A DNA stretch of 52,683 nt, the filler included, from Bipalium vagum (lineage: Eukaryota): the NCBI GenBank assembly GCA_037834085.1. It is 3 parts of 3 records of this genome, joined end to end, with 100 filler letters (N's around TTAATTAATTAA, not from the genome) between each part and the next. Parts side by side here need not be neighbours in the genome. Positions count along the whole stretch, not along the records: positions 17,420 to 33,777 come from JBBMKC010114839.1; positions 33,878 to 52,683 come from JBBMKC010018730.1; 1 more part is not named here. One strand, given 5' to 3'. Below, one piece after another: positions 24,966 through 37,692 of this stretch. The notes under the pieces were generated by a model. That model was not told where the DNA came from and did no database searches. It was given only the letters and a program-made list of their open reading frames with translations. Positions within the stretch are counted from its first letter, which is position 1; each line of letters begins with the position of its first letter. The position numbers and the translations under genes are program-made.

Positions 24966-26329
24966 AAAATATGATTTGGCTAAAAATAATTCTTTAATAT
25001 TTGTGATGGGAAAGTAAGATATTACCCAAATGGAAATGTAGGGTCATCATCAAACAATTAATGCAAAACTATCTAGGCAATTACTGCATTAATTAAAAAA
25101 CGTTATAATTCGTGAACGACAAAATAAATGAGACGAACTCAATGGAAAATTAATGAATATAGTTTAGATCTTTTTCAGAATCATCAATAATATTTTCATA
25201 TATTTTCGGCATATCTTTTATTTTGTCTGAAAAATGTGGTTTTCAAAAAATATATTGAAAACAAAAGTGTCGAGGTTTCTTTCAAAGTCGGTGTTTACTT
25301 TATACAGTTGATATAAAACTTCATGGAAAATAAAAGGTTATTGAAAAAGATGGAATAAATATTCTGGATAATAATTTATATTTAATGTTTATTTGTTATT
25401 AATTGGTGTACAAATATGATTAATAATTATAAAATTAATTTTCTGAATAAAGGAACCTGTGTCATCTATGCTGTGGCTTACCTGAAATACTGCTTAAATG
25501 TTTTATGTATTAAAATAAATCAAAGTCTACACAGATTGTTATATTAGGTGGATTATTTCCTATCGTTTTGTTTTAAATTAATTATTATAAATACCGTGTG
25601 TTTGTCATTGAAAAATATCGAATCGGGTCTTAAGGCAACTTAACAAAATATTTGTAAATGAGTAAGATTTATAGTGTGAATTTCGGAACCAATAGGGATA
25701 AAACTTTTATGAGCTGCACAATAAAAATTCAAAGTAAGATAAAATAAATTTATGAAAAATTTGTTTATTGCCAAAAACTGATAATTACAAATTAGTTTAA
25801 TTAGAACCCCTGAATATCTTTTTACAGTTACCGCGTTAGCTGTAAAAAGGTTCTGAGACAATTTACCAGCCCTAACCGCTTTGTAAATTGTAAATAAAAA
25901 GGAAAACAAGACAATACAAATAAAAAAGACAAATAATCGTCATTTCTAATTACTAGTGATTATTAGAAGAGTGATTTTAAAAATATATAACTTGTGCAAT
26001 TCTATATCAAATTGCCAAGCGTCAATAAAATCAATAATAACAATAAAAATATTAAAATTTACCGATAAAAAGTAGGCAAATTCTGCGAAGTGCGTTTTAA
26101 AATTTGATGGCTGTTTTTATACAAATTTTGAATCGCAAGATGCCTTTGATTTGTTTATAATTTGAAGAGTCTAATATGTAAATCAAAAAGTAAAGATACA
26201 AAGCGTTTAATTTTTTTCATAGATAGCAGTAAAACCATAATACATTTTAAATTGTTTGATGTAATAAAATACAAATAATTATCGTAGAAATATTGATTAA
26301 AGGAATATTTTTATATCAATTTTAGATAA

Positions 26330-26490
26330 AAAAATGAGCCTATTTTAAAAAATTGCACCAAAGAAGAACAACAGGCTGTTATTCGTTTTTTGCATGCATA
26401 AGATGTTTCTTCAGCTGATATTCACGGAAGAATGTTTACCCAATATGGATTAAATTGTTTTAACCGACAAAACGTAAATAAGGGGGTAAA
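26330..26490 (+). mobile_element. Mariner transposase N-terminal fragment
   Basis: NCTKEEQQAVIRFLHA*DVSSADIHGRMFTQYGLNCFNRQNV. Confidence 0.75.
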
Positions 26491-27149
26491 CTAATTATAA
26501 ACTCGTATATCTGTTCTGGTCTGACTTTATTATTGCGCTTATTGATCTTAATTGTTTTTTTTGTGACAGCTGATCAGTCTTTTTCTGATCTTTAATATTA
26601 TTCAGACGTAGGTTAATTTTTATTTTTAAAATTATATTGTTTCCTTTTTAAATTTTTATTCCTTTATTATTTATTTTTTAACATAAATTCTGTTTTTAGT
26701 AAATCGGCTTTTCCATTTTATATTATATATATTTTTTATTTTTTAAGATAATTTACGCGATAAAAATAATAATAAAAAATGATAATAATAATAATAAATA
26801 ATAATAATTGTTGTTATAATTATAATGGTTTGGATAATTTCTCAGAGTTTTTTATTTTACATGAATATAAATAAAAACTAAACAAATAAAGTCTTTTATC
26901 AAATAATTACAATAATTATATAATGTTATTATTACAACCATAAAAAATGTTTATATAATATTGTTTGTACAAATCACAAAAATTCTTTCGCAGTCTCCAC
27001 AATATCAATAGGTATTATTTGTTTTAACTCATTAAATATCTTATTTATTTTATGTAAAATGCAAAATCGTAGAACAAAAAACAGCATTTGCAGGAATTAT
27101 TGTTATTTTTCTACAATTTAAAGAATTAAGCTGCCAAACCCTATATATT

Positions 27150-27800
27150 AAAGACAAACTCTTACAGTAAATATGTCCTGTCCGAACCAGCATTCAGAAA
27201 ATGATATCAAGATTTTAAACAGGTAATTTTAGCGTCGAAGACAAAGAACATTCAGGAAAACGAAAGAAGTTTTTAAGATAATAATCTAGGATAAATTATT
27301 AAAGAAAACACGTGTCAAACGCTTGAAGAAACAGCATAGACATTGAATGCTGACATGTCAGCTAAACAGATACACGTATTGAGAATGATTCATAAATATG
27401 GAAAAAAAGAATACCATATATGATTTGACCGAAAAACAGCAAAAAATTCTTTGCTAAATGTTACTTACAAAGCACTCATTTTGCATCAAATTTAAACTGG
27501 TGATGAAAAATGTTTGTAGTCGGCAATACAAACATGGACTAACAGAAGTAAAGTGATGGTCTGTATCTGGTGGGAATAAACGGAATATTGTACCACGAAC
27601 TTCACAAACCATCCAAAACTGTAACTGGTGATATATATCAGCAACAATTACTCGATTTAAGTCCAGCAAGAGACAACAATATTTCCTAAGATATGATCAG
27701 AACATTTTGCAACACAATAACTCCAGACCACATTTTTCAAAACCGGTTAAAGAAACATTGAAAAGACTTGGCAGAGAGGTTCTACCTCACCTATCGAAAA
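27150..27800 (+). mobile_element. Truncated second copy of the mariner family at 3719-4939
   Basis: Collinear nucleotide similarity (gtaaatatg..ctgtccgaacca, ttttagcgtcga.gacaaa, catatgatttgaccgaaa, gttaaagaaacattgaaaa). Confidence 0.88.
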
Positions 27801-28779
27801 TTTTGATTAGAAGATAGGTCCTATCTTTAATTTATTTTGGCTAATTCAGTCGAAATGTTTTTTTGCAGTCTTTTCATCTGCTAATGCAATTTCTCTTTTA
27901 ATTTTATATTATGAAATGCATGTCTTTCTTTCAAGCCAAATTTTTTACCCTCCGCTGCTGAACCCTTACCTTTCTTAAAAATTTTTTCTTAATTTCAAAT
28001 GAAATGGTTTGCCTTTTCAAAAAAATGAAAATTATAATTAATATAAAAAAAGTAAACAAAAATTGTAGCCCTTCGATTTGTAATTTTGTAGGTCGAAATA
28101 AAATTTAAAATTTCTTATAAAAACAAAAATTTTAATTAAATAACGTTTAAAAAAATTTATTAGTGGGACTTAATTGAAAGTTATAGACCTTTGATAAGAG
28201 GCAAACTTTAAATTTTTGTATAAAAAATACGTGTAAAAGAGACTTGAGAGTACTTGTGTTTATGTTCTTGACTCTTTTCACGTGAATCAGTTATCAATAA
28301 CAAAAATTTATTTATTTCCTCCATTTTTCGAGGAAAATCTGCATCCAGTACAATCTTCCTCCTTCGTCGTCTTGTTTATTCGTCAGGATAACAGAGTTTG
28401 GGTATTGGTTACAAGCGGCCTTTCAGCTACAGGGACCCCGCAACAGAGCAATATGACCGTTCGTTGCCTGGTTATCTACTGCAACCAGGTTCTTACACTA
28501 TTTAAGTAGACTGAAATTACATAATTAATTAAAAATATCGTATCTTCCGAAGAACAGTAGTATTTATTTCACCGTATTGCATCTGCGCAAAGACCGATTT
28601 GTAAAAAAAATTAACTATTTGTGATTAAATTATTTATCTTAGACATTTATTTACATTTAATGATGGCTAAACATGGTCTCTAATCTCAGTATTAGGCATC
28701 AAGTAAATTATTTAAGACCAACAGACGCAGAAAAATTCAAAATATTATTGTCCCTATTCAAGTGAGACGACGTGTATAT

Positions 28780-29882
28780 ATCTAAATGTCTAAATATATA
28801 AAGAAAAATCCACTTATTTAAATTTTAATAAAAATTATTACCATTTTTCTTTATCGATAATCAGGTCAAGCTGACTGTGAAAGATTTTGAAAATTTCAAT
28901 GATACTGAATGGAGCTGAGAACGTGTTCATTGCCAAGGGATTGTCCATAAAGCCTCTGAAGCTGAGACAAAATTGAAAATGGAATTCAACATACCAAGAT
29001 TATTTATTTGACAATTAATTATATATTAAAATAATTGGATTTTCTAAAATAATTTCTAAACAATTTTTAACATATGTCACAGGTTTCTATTTTTAAAAAA
29101 TATGATTTCAGTTGTTCTTGTCATTTGACCACGACACAGAATTGACCCGACAAAACATATGGAACAAAAGGCAGTGATTATTCTTTCTTAAACAATCGGG
29201 AAATTAAATTAATTTTTTCATAAATTTTATATTTTTTTCTTAAAATTAAAGCCTGTTTGAGATAACCCGGGAATATTTTCAAAATAATATTATATAAATA
29301 TTTTTATAAAATCCACCTGACCTTTAATTTTTTAACATTATGCCTCTCAATTTTTCGACCAAGGTCATAAATTGAAAGCAGATAATTATATCACCACATT
29401 AAATACGGCTTCCAACAAGACTCTTTTCTGGCTTATAAAACAAAGAAGACTCAGAAAGGGCTATATGAGAATTTAATGTATCAATAGTCATTCGATTTGT
29501 GGTCTCCTTCCACTTGATTATTATCTATAAGTCGTAGTTGATGCAGAAGTCAATTCAAAACCTCATTGTAATATTAACTCATTACAGGATGTTGTCTAAA
29601 AGGTATTGGGACATTTAGATAGGGAAGAGGTTAAAAGAGCATGTATTGTATAAACTTTATTACTTAAAAATAATGCAGAATTTATTCCACAACCCAATAG
29701 GAGGTTTCGGTTCAGACTCGAGGCGGTTGTGACAGCTATGAAGGTCAGTTTGAATAATATTATTGTGTAAACTTTTATATAGTTGTTTAATAATTTTTAT
29801 TTAAAAATACTTATTACATCGCTCTATCTACATTGTTTTGTTTGAAGTAAAATATTTCCCATTTATCTCAAACACCCTCTAT
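28780..29882 (+). mobile_element. maT (DD37D)-like transposon relic
   Basis: C-terminus LDYYL*VVVDAEVNSKPHCNINSL...LDREEVKRAC / RFRFRLEAVVTA, then TIR-like end atctcaaacaccctc|ta. A ~50-bp mariner TIR fragment is inserted at ~29647-29700. Confidence 0.72.
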
Positions 29883-31319
29883 AACACTTTTTTGAATGTA
29901 CCTTTCACTGTTTATAAAAATAAAATGAAATCCACGAATGGAGTGCGTGAGATTTCATGAGACATCAAAGTTCAAAATCAAACCAATAAATAAATAATTT
30001 TCAATAAAACATATCGGTTTGATATTTTGTAGAGAAAATTATTTTATTGGGAAGTAATTAATTTATTCTTTATCATCTGAATTCTTTTATGAGGCTGTTT
30101 GTAAATCAAATAAGTCTGTCGATATTAATTACTCTGAATTCTTATTTACTTTTCAAAATTGTTTATGGTAATATTTTTTATTATAACTCTCGACATTTTA
30201 ATGATTGATAAAATTAGATTTCGACGAAGGGATAGTGCAGTTTGAATAGCAGTGAAACTCAATAATAGCCCAACGTTCCCGTATGAAAATAATTTTATTG
30301 GAAAATTATAATAATTAATAATTAGTGAAATCGTCTTAATTTGATCTATTTTCATTGATCCTTATTTATTTATTATTTATATATTATATTTATAATATAA
30401 AATACTTTCTTAAATTCTGAATAGGGGAATTTTCAACATCATTATTTAATTTTAATTATCTTTTAAGTATTTCAAATTAATTTTGAAGATTTTATTAATT
30501 TCTTAAATAATTTCTCATTTTGTTTATTATTTTTATTAAAAGGAAAAATAAATGCCTTGTGCTATTCGGCAAGATGGTAATTACAGTAATTATAATTGTC
30601 ATGTAACATCATGTTTTACAGAATTTTGCTTATTTTCACTTATTATTTCAATGATGACTAGCAAATTATAAATAATAATTATTAATAGCGATATTATCAT
30701 TATTGAGTAGTGTACTCGAAATAGTTGAACGTTCGATTTTTATACTTTTTTACTTAGATTTTATTAATTTTAAAATAAACTTCAATTGGTTTTGGTTGAA
30801 ATTTTTTATAATAAATGTTTTATATTTAATAAATTAATTTAATTTAATATATTTTATAAAAATCTTTATAAAAAGTATTCAAAAATTTTGAAATACGAAC
30901 ACAAAAATTAAAATGTTTGGGTTAATAATTGTGATTTAATTTTCTGTGTAGAAATTTTATATATTATTATTTGTACTGTGATTGAGGTAAACGGAAAGTT
31001 AAGCTAGTTCCTTTTCAATAGAATTCAAAGTATTATTTTGAAGTGATCATTAATGAAAAGAACATCCATTTGTATAACCTTTTTTACATAATGATTAATT
31101 TTTCAGATTTTGAAATAAATGGTTAATTTAATTAATTAGTAAATAAGTTTCGACTGATCGATGATATTGGTCATATTTTATTTTAAATATTATTATTATT
31201 TATTATTTGTATTATTATTTATTTATATTACCAAAAAATTTTATATTACAAAGATAAAATTTTTTTTTTCAATAGAAGGCTATGGCCCCTTGAACTTGAC
31301 TAAAGTTTTTTTCAAACTC

Positions 31320-31915
31320 TAAAGCAGGTGAAAGACCTATTTCGGACAAATATGTCGTCTTAATCCACAGATTAAAAACTATTATAAAAATTATTATTAT
31401 ACATTTTTGAAATTTTTTAGCGTTATGAAAATCTGACATGCCAAATTGAAAAAAATTACTTGTATCATCTTTGATTGCAATTTTGAGTTGAAATGGAACG
31501 AGAAATTTTACTTATGAAAAGGTAAATATCAGACAACTGAAAATGGATCATTTATGAAAATATTAAATGTTAAAGATCTTAGGTATGAAATATCCAATAC
31601 CTTGATCTTCTATTTCTGGAAACTAAGATGGTTTTAAAAGTAATTGATGGGTTCGGAGAGATAATATATTGTGAGTTTTCGACTCATTGTTAATCATTTA
31701 GCATAAAGATTCAAACAATTGTCAATAAATTAGTTCTTGTGCTACAAAGGACTTTTTTTGATTTTCTTACCAAACCGGACAACATTTATGCTCAGCGTAC
31801 TAAGTTCCAGTCTATGTTGTTTCCAGTAAAACATTTTCATTCATAAATGAAGTGTAATCGCGTGACACTTATATCAGATTGTCCAGTATAAAATTGCAGA
31901 TTTTTTATATTAATT
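31320..31915 (-). mobile_element. Possible Penelope-like element 3' relic (GIY-YIG remnant plus degenerate minimal hammerhead)
   Basis: Minus strand DNLI*V...CFTG...YAEHK...IKVLD, followed by gtgga-ttaaga-c-GAC-atattt-GTC-cGAAA-tag-gtc-tttcac. Confidence 0.35.
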
Positions 31916-32046
31916 TTCAAAAATTTCAGTAGGTTTTTATTGTAATTGGTACTTTTATATATTATTTTTAATTTTAAAAAAATTTTTAATTAATTAATCT
32001 GAGAAAACATTGACTATCCATTGGCTTTTACTTTCTTCTTAAGATA

Positions 32047-32435
32047 CCCATTATATTATGTTAAACCTCGTGTCATATTTCAAGTCATAAATGTCTTTTG
32101 CTAAAAATTCTGTATATATCAAATTACAGAGAGAATTTCAAACTTTTTTCTTTATTTAAAAGTAAAGATTGGTTTAAAACTTTTTTCGCTGTTCTCAAGC
32201 CATGGTTGAACAGCATATATGATATTCATCTTGTATTGTAAGCGAACGAATAACACATGATTCCAAAGATGGTAAACTCAGTCTCCAAAGCAAATACCGT
32301 GAATAGGGTTATCTCCTAAATTAACCTCAACTGAAGTCAGCTTTTGCAGAAGATACTCAGAAAACAGTGTGACAACTTGCTCAAGGTCATAATGTGTTCA
32401 AATCAACCATTTCTGCCCATTTCAAAAAGGCTTTG
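32047..32435 (+). mobile_element. Mariner 5' fragment; first ~75 bp directly repeated at 32683-32756
   Basis: EDTQKTV*QLAQGHNVFKSTISAHFKK (second HTH); direct repeat cccat.atatta.gtta.acctc..gtcatatttcaagt.ataaatgtcttttg.taaaaattc. Confidence 0.6.
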
Positions 32436-33728
32436 AAAAGTAAAAAAGTTATTTTATTTATTTAATATTTAACTAATTCCCATTCCTAAATAATGTCAAT
32501 CAATTCTTTATTTGAAGTTATCTTGAAAATAAATAAAAATCATTTAGACAAAATTAAAAATAAAGACCGAAAGAAATGGCCTCATGTTTTCATTATTATT
32601 ATTTTTATAAAATAAAACACAATTATTATATATGTTTCATTTAAAACAAAATAATTAATATTATATAAAATAATTAAAATAGCCCATAATATTAAGTTAG
32701 ACCTCACGTCATATTTCAAGTGATAAATGTCTTTTGTTAAAAATTCAGTATAAATCAGTCTTCAGAATAGTGCTAAAACGTTTTTAAAGTTTATTAGAAA
32801 TTATTTTTTATTATTTCTATAATTATTAATTTCAGAAAATCGTTAATTGTATGTACCCACGATGTGATCACAATTAAAGTTTGTTAATTTCTTTGATCAT
32901 CACAAGACAAGAAACTTTTACGAAACTTTCTTTTCTCAGTCTATTGATTATTTAAACAATAATCCTTTGGGAAAATTATTTAATGAAGAAACTTAGACAT
33001 ACTAAAACTGTTAAATAAAATATTTATCTCATCTTATTTGATTTAATAAACAGAAAGTCTTGTCTTATTTTACATATTTGTATTTGGTTTTTTTATTTAT
33101 TTAATATTTTAATGTTATAAAACGATATTTTATCAACAGATTTCGTTATTTTTCTGTCTATGCTGTCATTGATATTTACAGAATCATTGTGGATTTGCTA
33201 ATGCATTATTAAATTTTATGTCTTAAATTACCTTTTTATGTGTCATTATTAAATTGATTATTATTGTAAAAAGAATCAATCATAATTAATATATTTTAGA
33301 TATATATGTATTATTTTTACCATCGTATGATTGATTAAAACAAATTTCTTTTGTTAATATTTTATTTAAAATTTATAATTTTTTTTCATTCTGTAACATT
33401 TACTTAAGATATTTCACAATTTTCAACAGAAAACTAAAAATTATAATCCATTTTAAATTGAATAAGAAATTAATTAATTAATTTTCATTTATATAATAAA
33501 ATAAAAAAGATCTTTGAAGATTTAATTAAATGAATTAATTTAACAACTAAATTAGAAAAAAAATATTATTGTTTTAATTTTTAATAGATTATCTTTTATA
33601 TTTTTAGACTTGTAAATCTTTTGTTATATAAGCGCATTAACACTTTAAAATACATTTTAATTATTTAATTGTAAAAAATTATTTTCGAGGGATAAGAATG
33701 TCAATAATATTAATAAATGAATTGTATG

Positions 33729-33777
<49 letters not shown>
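33729..33777 (+). repeat. (AAT)n microsatellite at contig end
   Basis: About 16 perfect units running into the gap. Confidence 0.95.
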
Positions 33778-33877
33778 NNNNNNNNNNNNNNNNNNNNNNN
33801 NNNNNNNNNNNNNNNNNNNNNTTAATTAATTAANNNNNNNNNNNNNNNNNNNNNNNNNNNNNNNNNNNNNNNNNNNN
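33778..33877. other. Assembly gap spacer with six-frame stop linker
   Basis: 44 N + TTAATTAATTAA (33822-33833) + 44 N. Confidence 0.97.
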
Positions 33878-34181
33878 AAATAAAAGTTCGAAACATGTTT
33901 CATGAAAATATATATTTGAATAAATTTTGTATTTATTTAATAAAAGGTATATATATATAAATATATTTATAATTATTTTCAAAATTTTCCAGTCTAAGGC
34001 GCAGAAAATGGGATTGCTGAAAAAATTGCTACAGTTTTGCAAAAAACAAAAGCTTAAAATATCTCTCAAAATATTTTCAAAAAATTCAAATTGAAAAATG
34101 TGAGATCGTTGATGTAATTCATTGTCCATTTGCACAATGTGAATTCTAATAATGATATAATGTTGATGTAGAAATTAACAG

Positions 34182-34291
34182 GGAAATTAGGCGATATTTT
34201 GAGGTGAACACAACGGCCCATGCTCCATATCCAGCCACTATCATCTTATTCATATTCGACATTACAACAGTAACACTGAAAATGGTTCCTT
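34182..34291 (-). pseudogene. GPCR paralog fragment (TM3-ICL2)
   Basis: GTIFSVTVVMSNMNKMIVAGYGAWAVVFTSKYRLIS versus GTIYNVAKSFSNMNKMIAAGYRAWAIVLPSNYYLIS in the intact gene. Confidence 0.88.
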
Positions 34292-34619
34292 ATTATTTTT
34301 TGTGAATTTTTATAAAAATAAAGAAATTAATTCAAGTACCATTTGCGGGAAAGGGTTGAACTTCGGTGATATCTGTTTTGAAAGCAGGTCATATGAAACT
34401 TATTTGGAAGGTTTGTATTATGAAATAATTGGATAAATTAGTTGATGTTCTTGGGAATGTTATGATTTTTGTACCTTTAAATGGACCATTGTATTATTTA
34501 TACAAAGTTACTTAAATTAGCAAAACGAAAGCACTGAAATTAAATGGAGTACTAAAAATTTGGATCTCATTTGATGCAAATGCGGCATGTTGTTTTTTGT
34601 TTTAAATGACTAATTTAAG

Positions 34620-35650
34620 ACTATTGAAAAGAATTAAATTAGGCGATCTTGTACTACATTTTTGCTACCTCGATATAGCTGACACTCTCAGATTCTTAGT
34701 AAGATAAGAATGTTATTAAATTACTCTATAAAGAAATAAAAAGCCACTAATCAATGTCACACTCTCTGCTCTCCTGAAATAAATATCTGATGTGGAGTTC
34801 AGCAAGGGTGTCCTCTTTCTATGAATCTTTTCTGTTTCACTCTAGAACTTTTACAATTAATGATACTGACTCAAAATCATATACTATATGGGGAATAGAA
34901 ATGTACAAGACGACTAAAATACTAAACAAGGCCGTCAATTAGTAAATTAGTAAATTTAATAGTTGAATATCGCACACCATTCAAGGACTTTTAGTCCAAT
35001 GTTTCTTAAAATCAAATATAATACTAAGCAATTATAGACTTATGCAATAAGCAATGATACTTTCTTTTTACAGCCGAAACAAATAATCTTACTATACACT
35101 ATAAAACAAATAGAATTAAAGCTAAGCTCATATTACAATGCAGGAAATGAAATGTACATGTAAAAATGCAGGCTCACATTATGAATCACTGTGAATCATT
35201 TCCTCTGGGAAAAAATATTTAAAAAAGTATTAAAATTTTGTTGAAATTAGTTATGACATATTGGATTAATTGTAAACATAGACTTGAAACCTATTGAACT
35301 TAGAAACTTTTCTAGACTTTGACCAGGTCTATTTATTAGTGATAATATTAACATGAAGACCCCTTTAGGCGATATGAAAGTGACAAAGTGAAAATTAACT
35401 TTACAAGCGTTATGGATAAAAATTAATTCGAAATATAAAGATCTAATCGAACTATTACACAATTACAATTACCACCAGATACAAGAGGTTGCTAGACACA
35501 GTTTTTGTTGAGTGCCTCTTTTCATGGGACCTAAAGAACAAATCGCCACTTATAAAATATGTCCTACTAAAAAGAAAATTAATATTCTATGTAATCTGTT
35601 AATTTAAAAAGCAATCCATGAATTTTATAATTTATACGTAAACCACGTTT
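34620..35650 (+). mobile_element. L1/Tx1-like LINE reverse transcriptase relic
   Basis: EINI*CGVQQGCPLSMNLFCFTLELL (QG.PLS motif, ~34780-34855) and a later HFLWEK. Confidence 0.75.
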
Positions 35651-37200
35651 ACAAGGAAAATATAAATAATTTTGACTCACTGAAAATCTAAAATTAAACT
35701 AATTTATTGATTATTAATAATTATGTCTTGTTCCCACCATTTCTTTTATATTTAAGTCTCTTTATTTCGTCCTATTTTCTCACACTCTCCAGTTAACTAC
35801 TTAAGCTTATTAAATATGCAATCTTATTTTAAAAACTTATGCTCTCTGTCACTCCTCTTTTCATCTTACTTCTTCGCTTAATTTGATTTAATGATTTTTC
35901 AGTGCAATAATAAATATATTTATACTTGTAATACAATATATTTAAGATAAATCAAAATAAAAAGTAATAAAAATGATTTAAATAGATGTACATTGCATTA
36001 AAACAATATCATGACATGGTATATGCAACTTGGAAAATCTGCCTGCGAATACGTCCCAACAAGTTTTTTACAACTTATTGATCGACTTTCTGAGATGTTC
36101 CTAACAATCTCTTTCAAATGTTTTATGCTGAATTTTCCTGAAATTTTTATTAATAGTCTTTAAAAAACTTTTCACAATTGACCAACATTCTGTAATAGGT
36201 TGAGGTTTGAAAATCTTGTATTATTGCAATCAAAATAATACAGTAATTCTTTAGTATAAATATTAATATTATATAAATATGTAAGTATAATAATGAAAAA
36301 GCCCAATATCGGATCGAACGACAAAATAAGTTTAGTCTCCAGATGTAAAATTTGTTAGATATGATCATCATACAATGTATTTATTATTAAAATAAACAAT
36401 TATTTAAAAAGAATAAATTAATTAAAAAACTAATTGCCGGGCTCAAGACACCATAAATATATTATGAAATGTCAAGTACAGCAAGAGTAAAGATAAATAA
36501 GAAAAAAATGCTGACATGCAATATATTATTTACTCTGATTGGGCATATGGGCATTAAGATAGTTCCTATGAATTGCAGAAGGCCTACAGTACGTCAAAAC
36601 AATAAAAATTGTCAAGATACAAAACAAATAACTATTGATGATAATGTTCACCATTTAACATGATAATAAACTGATGAGAAATCTAACTCTCAGTGGAAAA
36701 ACTGTGGCATAATGATCATCACCGTCGTTGAAAGCAGTTTAGAGAATAATAGTCTTTATTATATTAGTCTTACAGTGAAAAATATTTAATTAAAAATGAT
36801 GATGAAAAAAATCAATCAGCAATATTTATCACAGTCAAGTATACAAAAATAAAAGTCAATCTATAATTATTGTGAAATCTTTGATAAAAGTTATAAAACT
36901 AAAACAGCATATATTACTTATTCAAAAACTAAATGTAGTAAATGAAGATTTATTTATTAGATCTAACTTATTTGATTAATTATCTATTAATAAATCAATT
37001 CAAAGATACCTAGATAAAAGTTTTGGAATAGGAATTTAGTAAAGAAAAAAACAACTATTTTTTTATAACTTTAAAGAACAGTAAAGTGTTAATGAAAATT
37101 TAATATTTAATGTTATGCATAATCTATATTTTCTTTTAAAAATATATCTGAAACATATTTTTGTGAACTTTGAAATTAGGAGATAAATTGAAATTAGTCC

Positions 37201-37271
37201 GGGGATGTAGGTATGCAGTCAGAGCAGTCCTTGCGCATGTGAAGGTCCCAGTTCGAATCCCGGTATCTCCG
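37201..37271 (+). pseudogene. tRNA-Ala(CGC)-like pseudogene or tRNA-derived SINE head
   Basis: Acceptor stem GGGGATG/TATCTCC with G3:U70, B-box GTTCGAATCC, CGC at 37234-37236. D, anticodon and T stems are disrupted. Confidence 0.8.
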
Positions 37272-37692
37272 ATTAATTTTCGACTAAAAGTAATAAAACT
37301 ATTGAAAAATATAATAAGAATAAACATTTAAATACAAACATACATTTTATAAAAAGTACTAATGAAAAATAAAAGAAAAAAAATCCACATTTTTTATAAA
37401 AACTGGTGGTAACATTCTATAACATATTACAAATAATAATTTAAAAATAATTTTGCAACAGGTAAATATCCAGGAAAAACCTTTAAACCATTTTAATAAA
37501 ACAAATGTTGCACCATTATTTACGAGACCTCGCTCAAAAAAAAAGATTAGAAAACTATAATGAAACAATAGAAAAGTGCAATAAAACTGAAAAACTATGT
37601 ATTCCACAGTTCCAAACCTGATTCAATTCCAATAAATAGATTGGATCAAGCGATTGTGAAGTATGATATAAAATATATTTCAAAAGATTTAA

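Noticed and set aside
30645-30730. Hammerhead-like pieces ttcaa-TGATGA ... gagta-gtg-tactc-GAAA-tag-ttgaa
   Set aside because: Core boxes are ~50 nt apart with AT-rich filler and the first C is missing; compatible with chance.
16548-33777. Terminal exon of the VWA5A-like gene
   Set aside because: Candidate acceptors (16741, 28386, 32835, 33139) gave stops or lacked the expected WAT/EW..+A.KA motifs. It is probably in the gap or elsewhere.
35900-36360. Possible P-element/THAP9-like C-terminus on - (MLVNCEKFF, FPSCIYH)
   Set aside because: Similarity too weak to call without a search.
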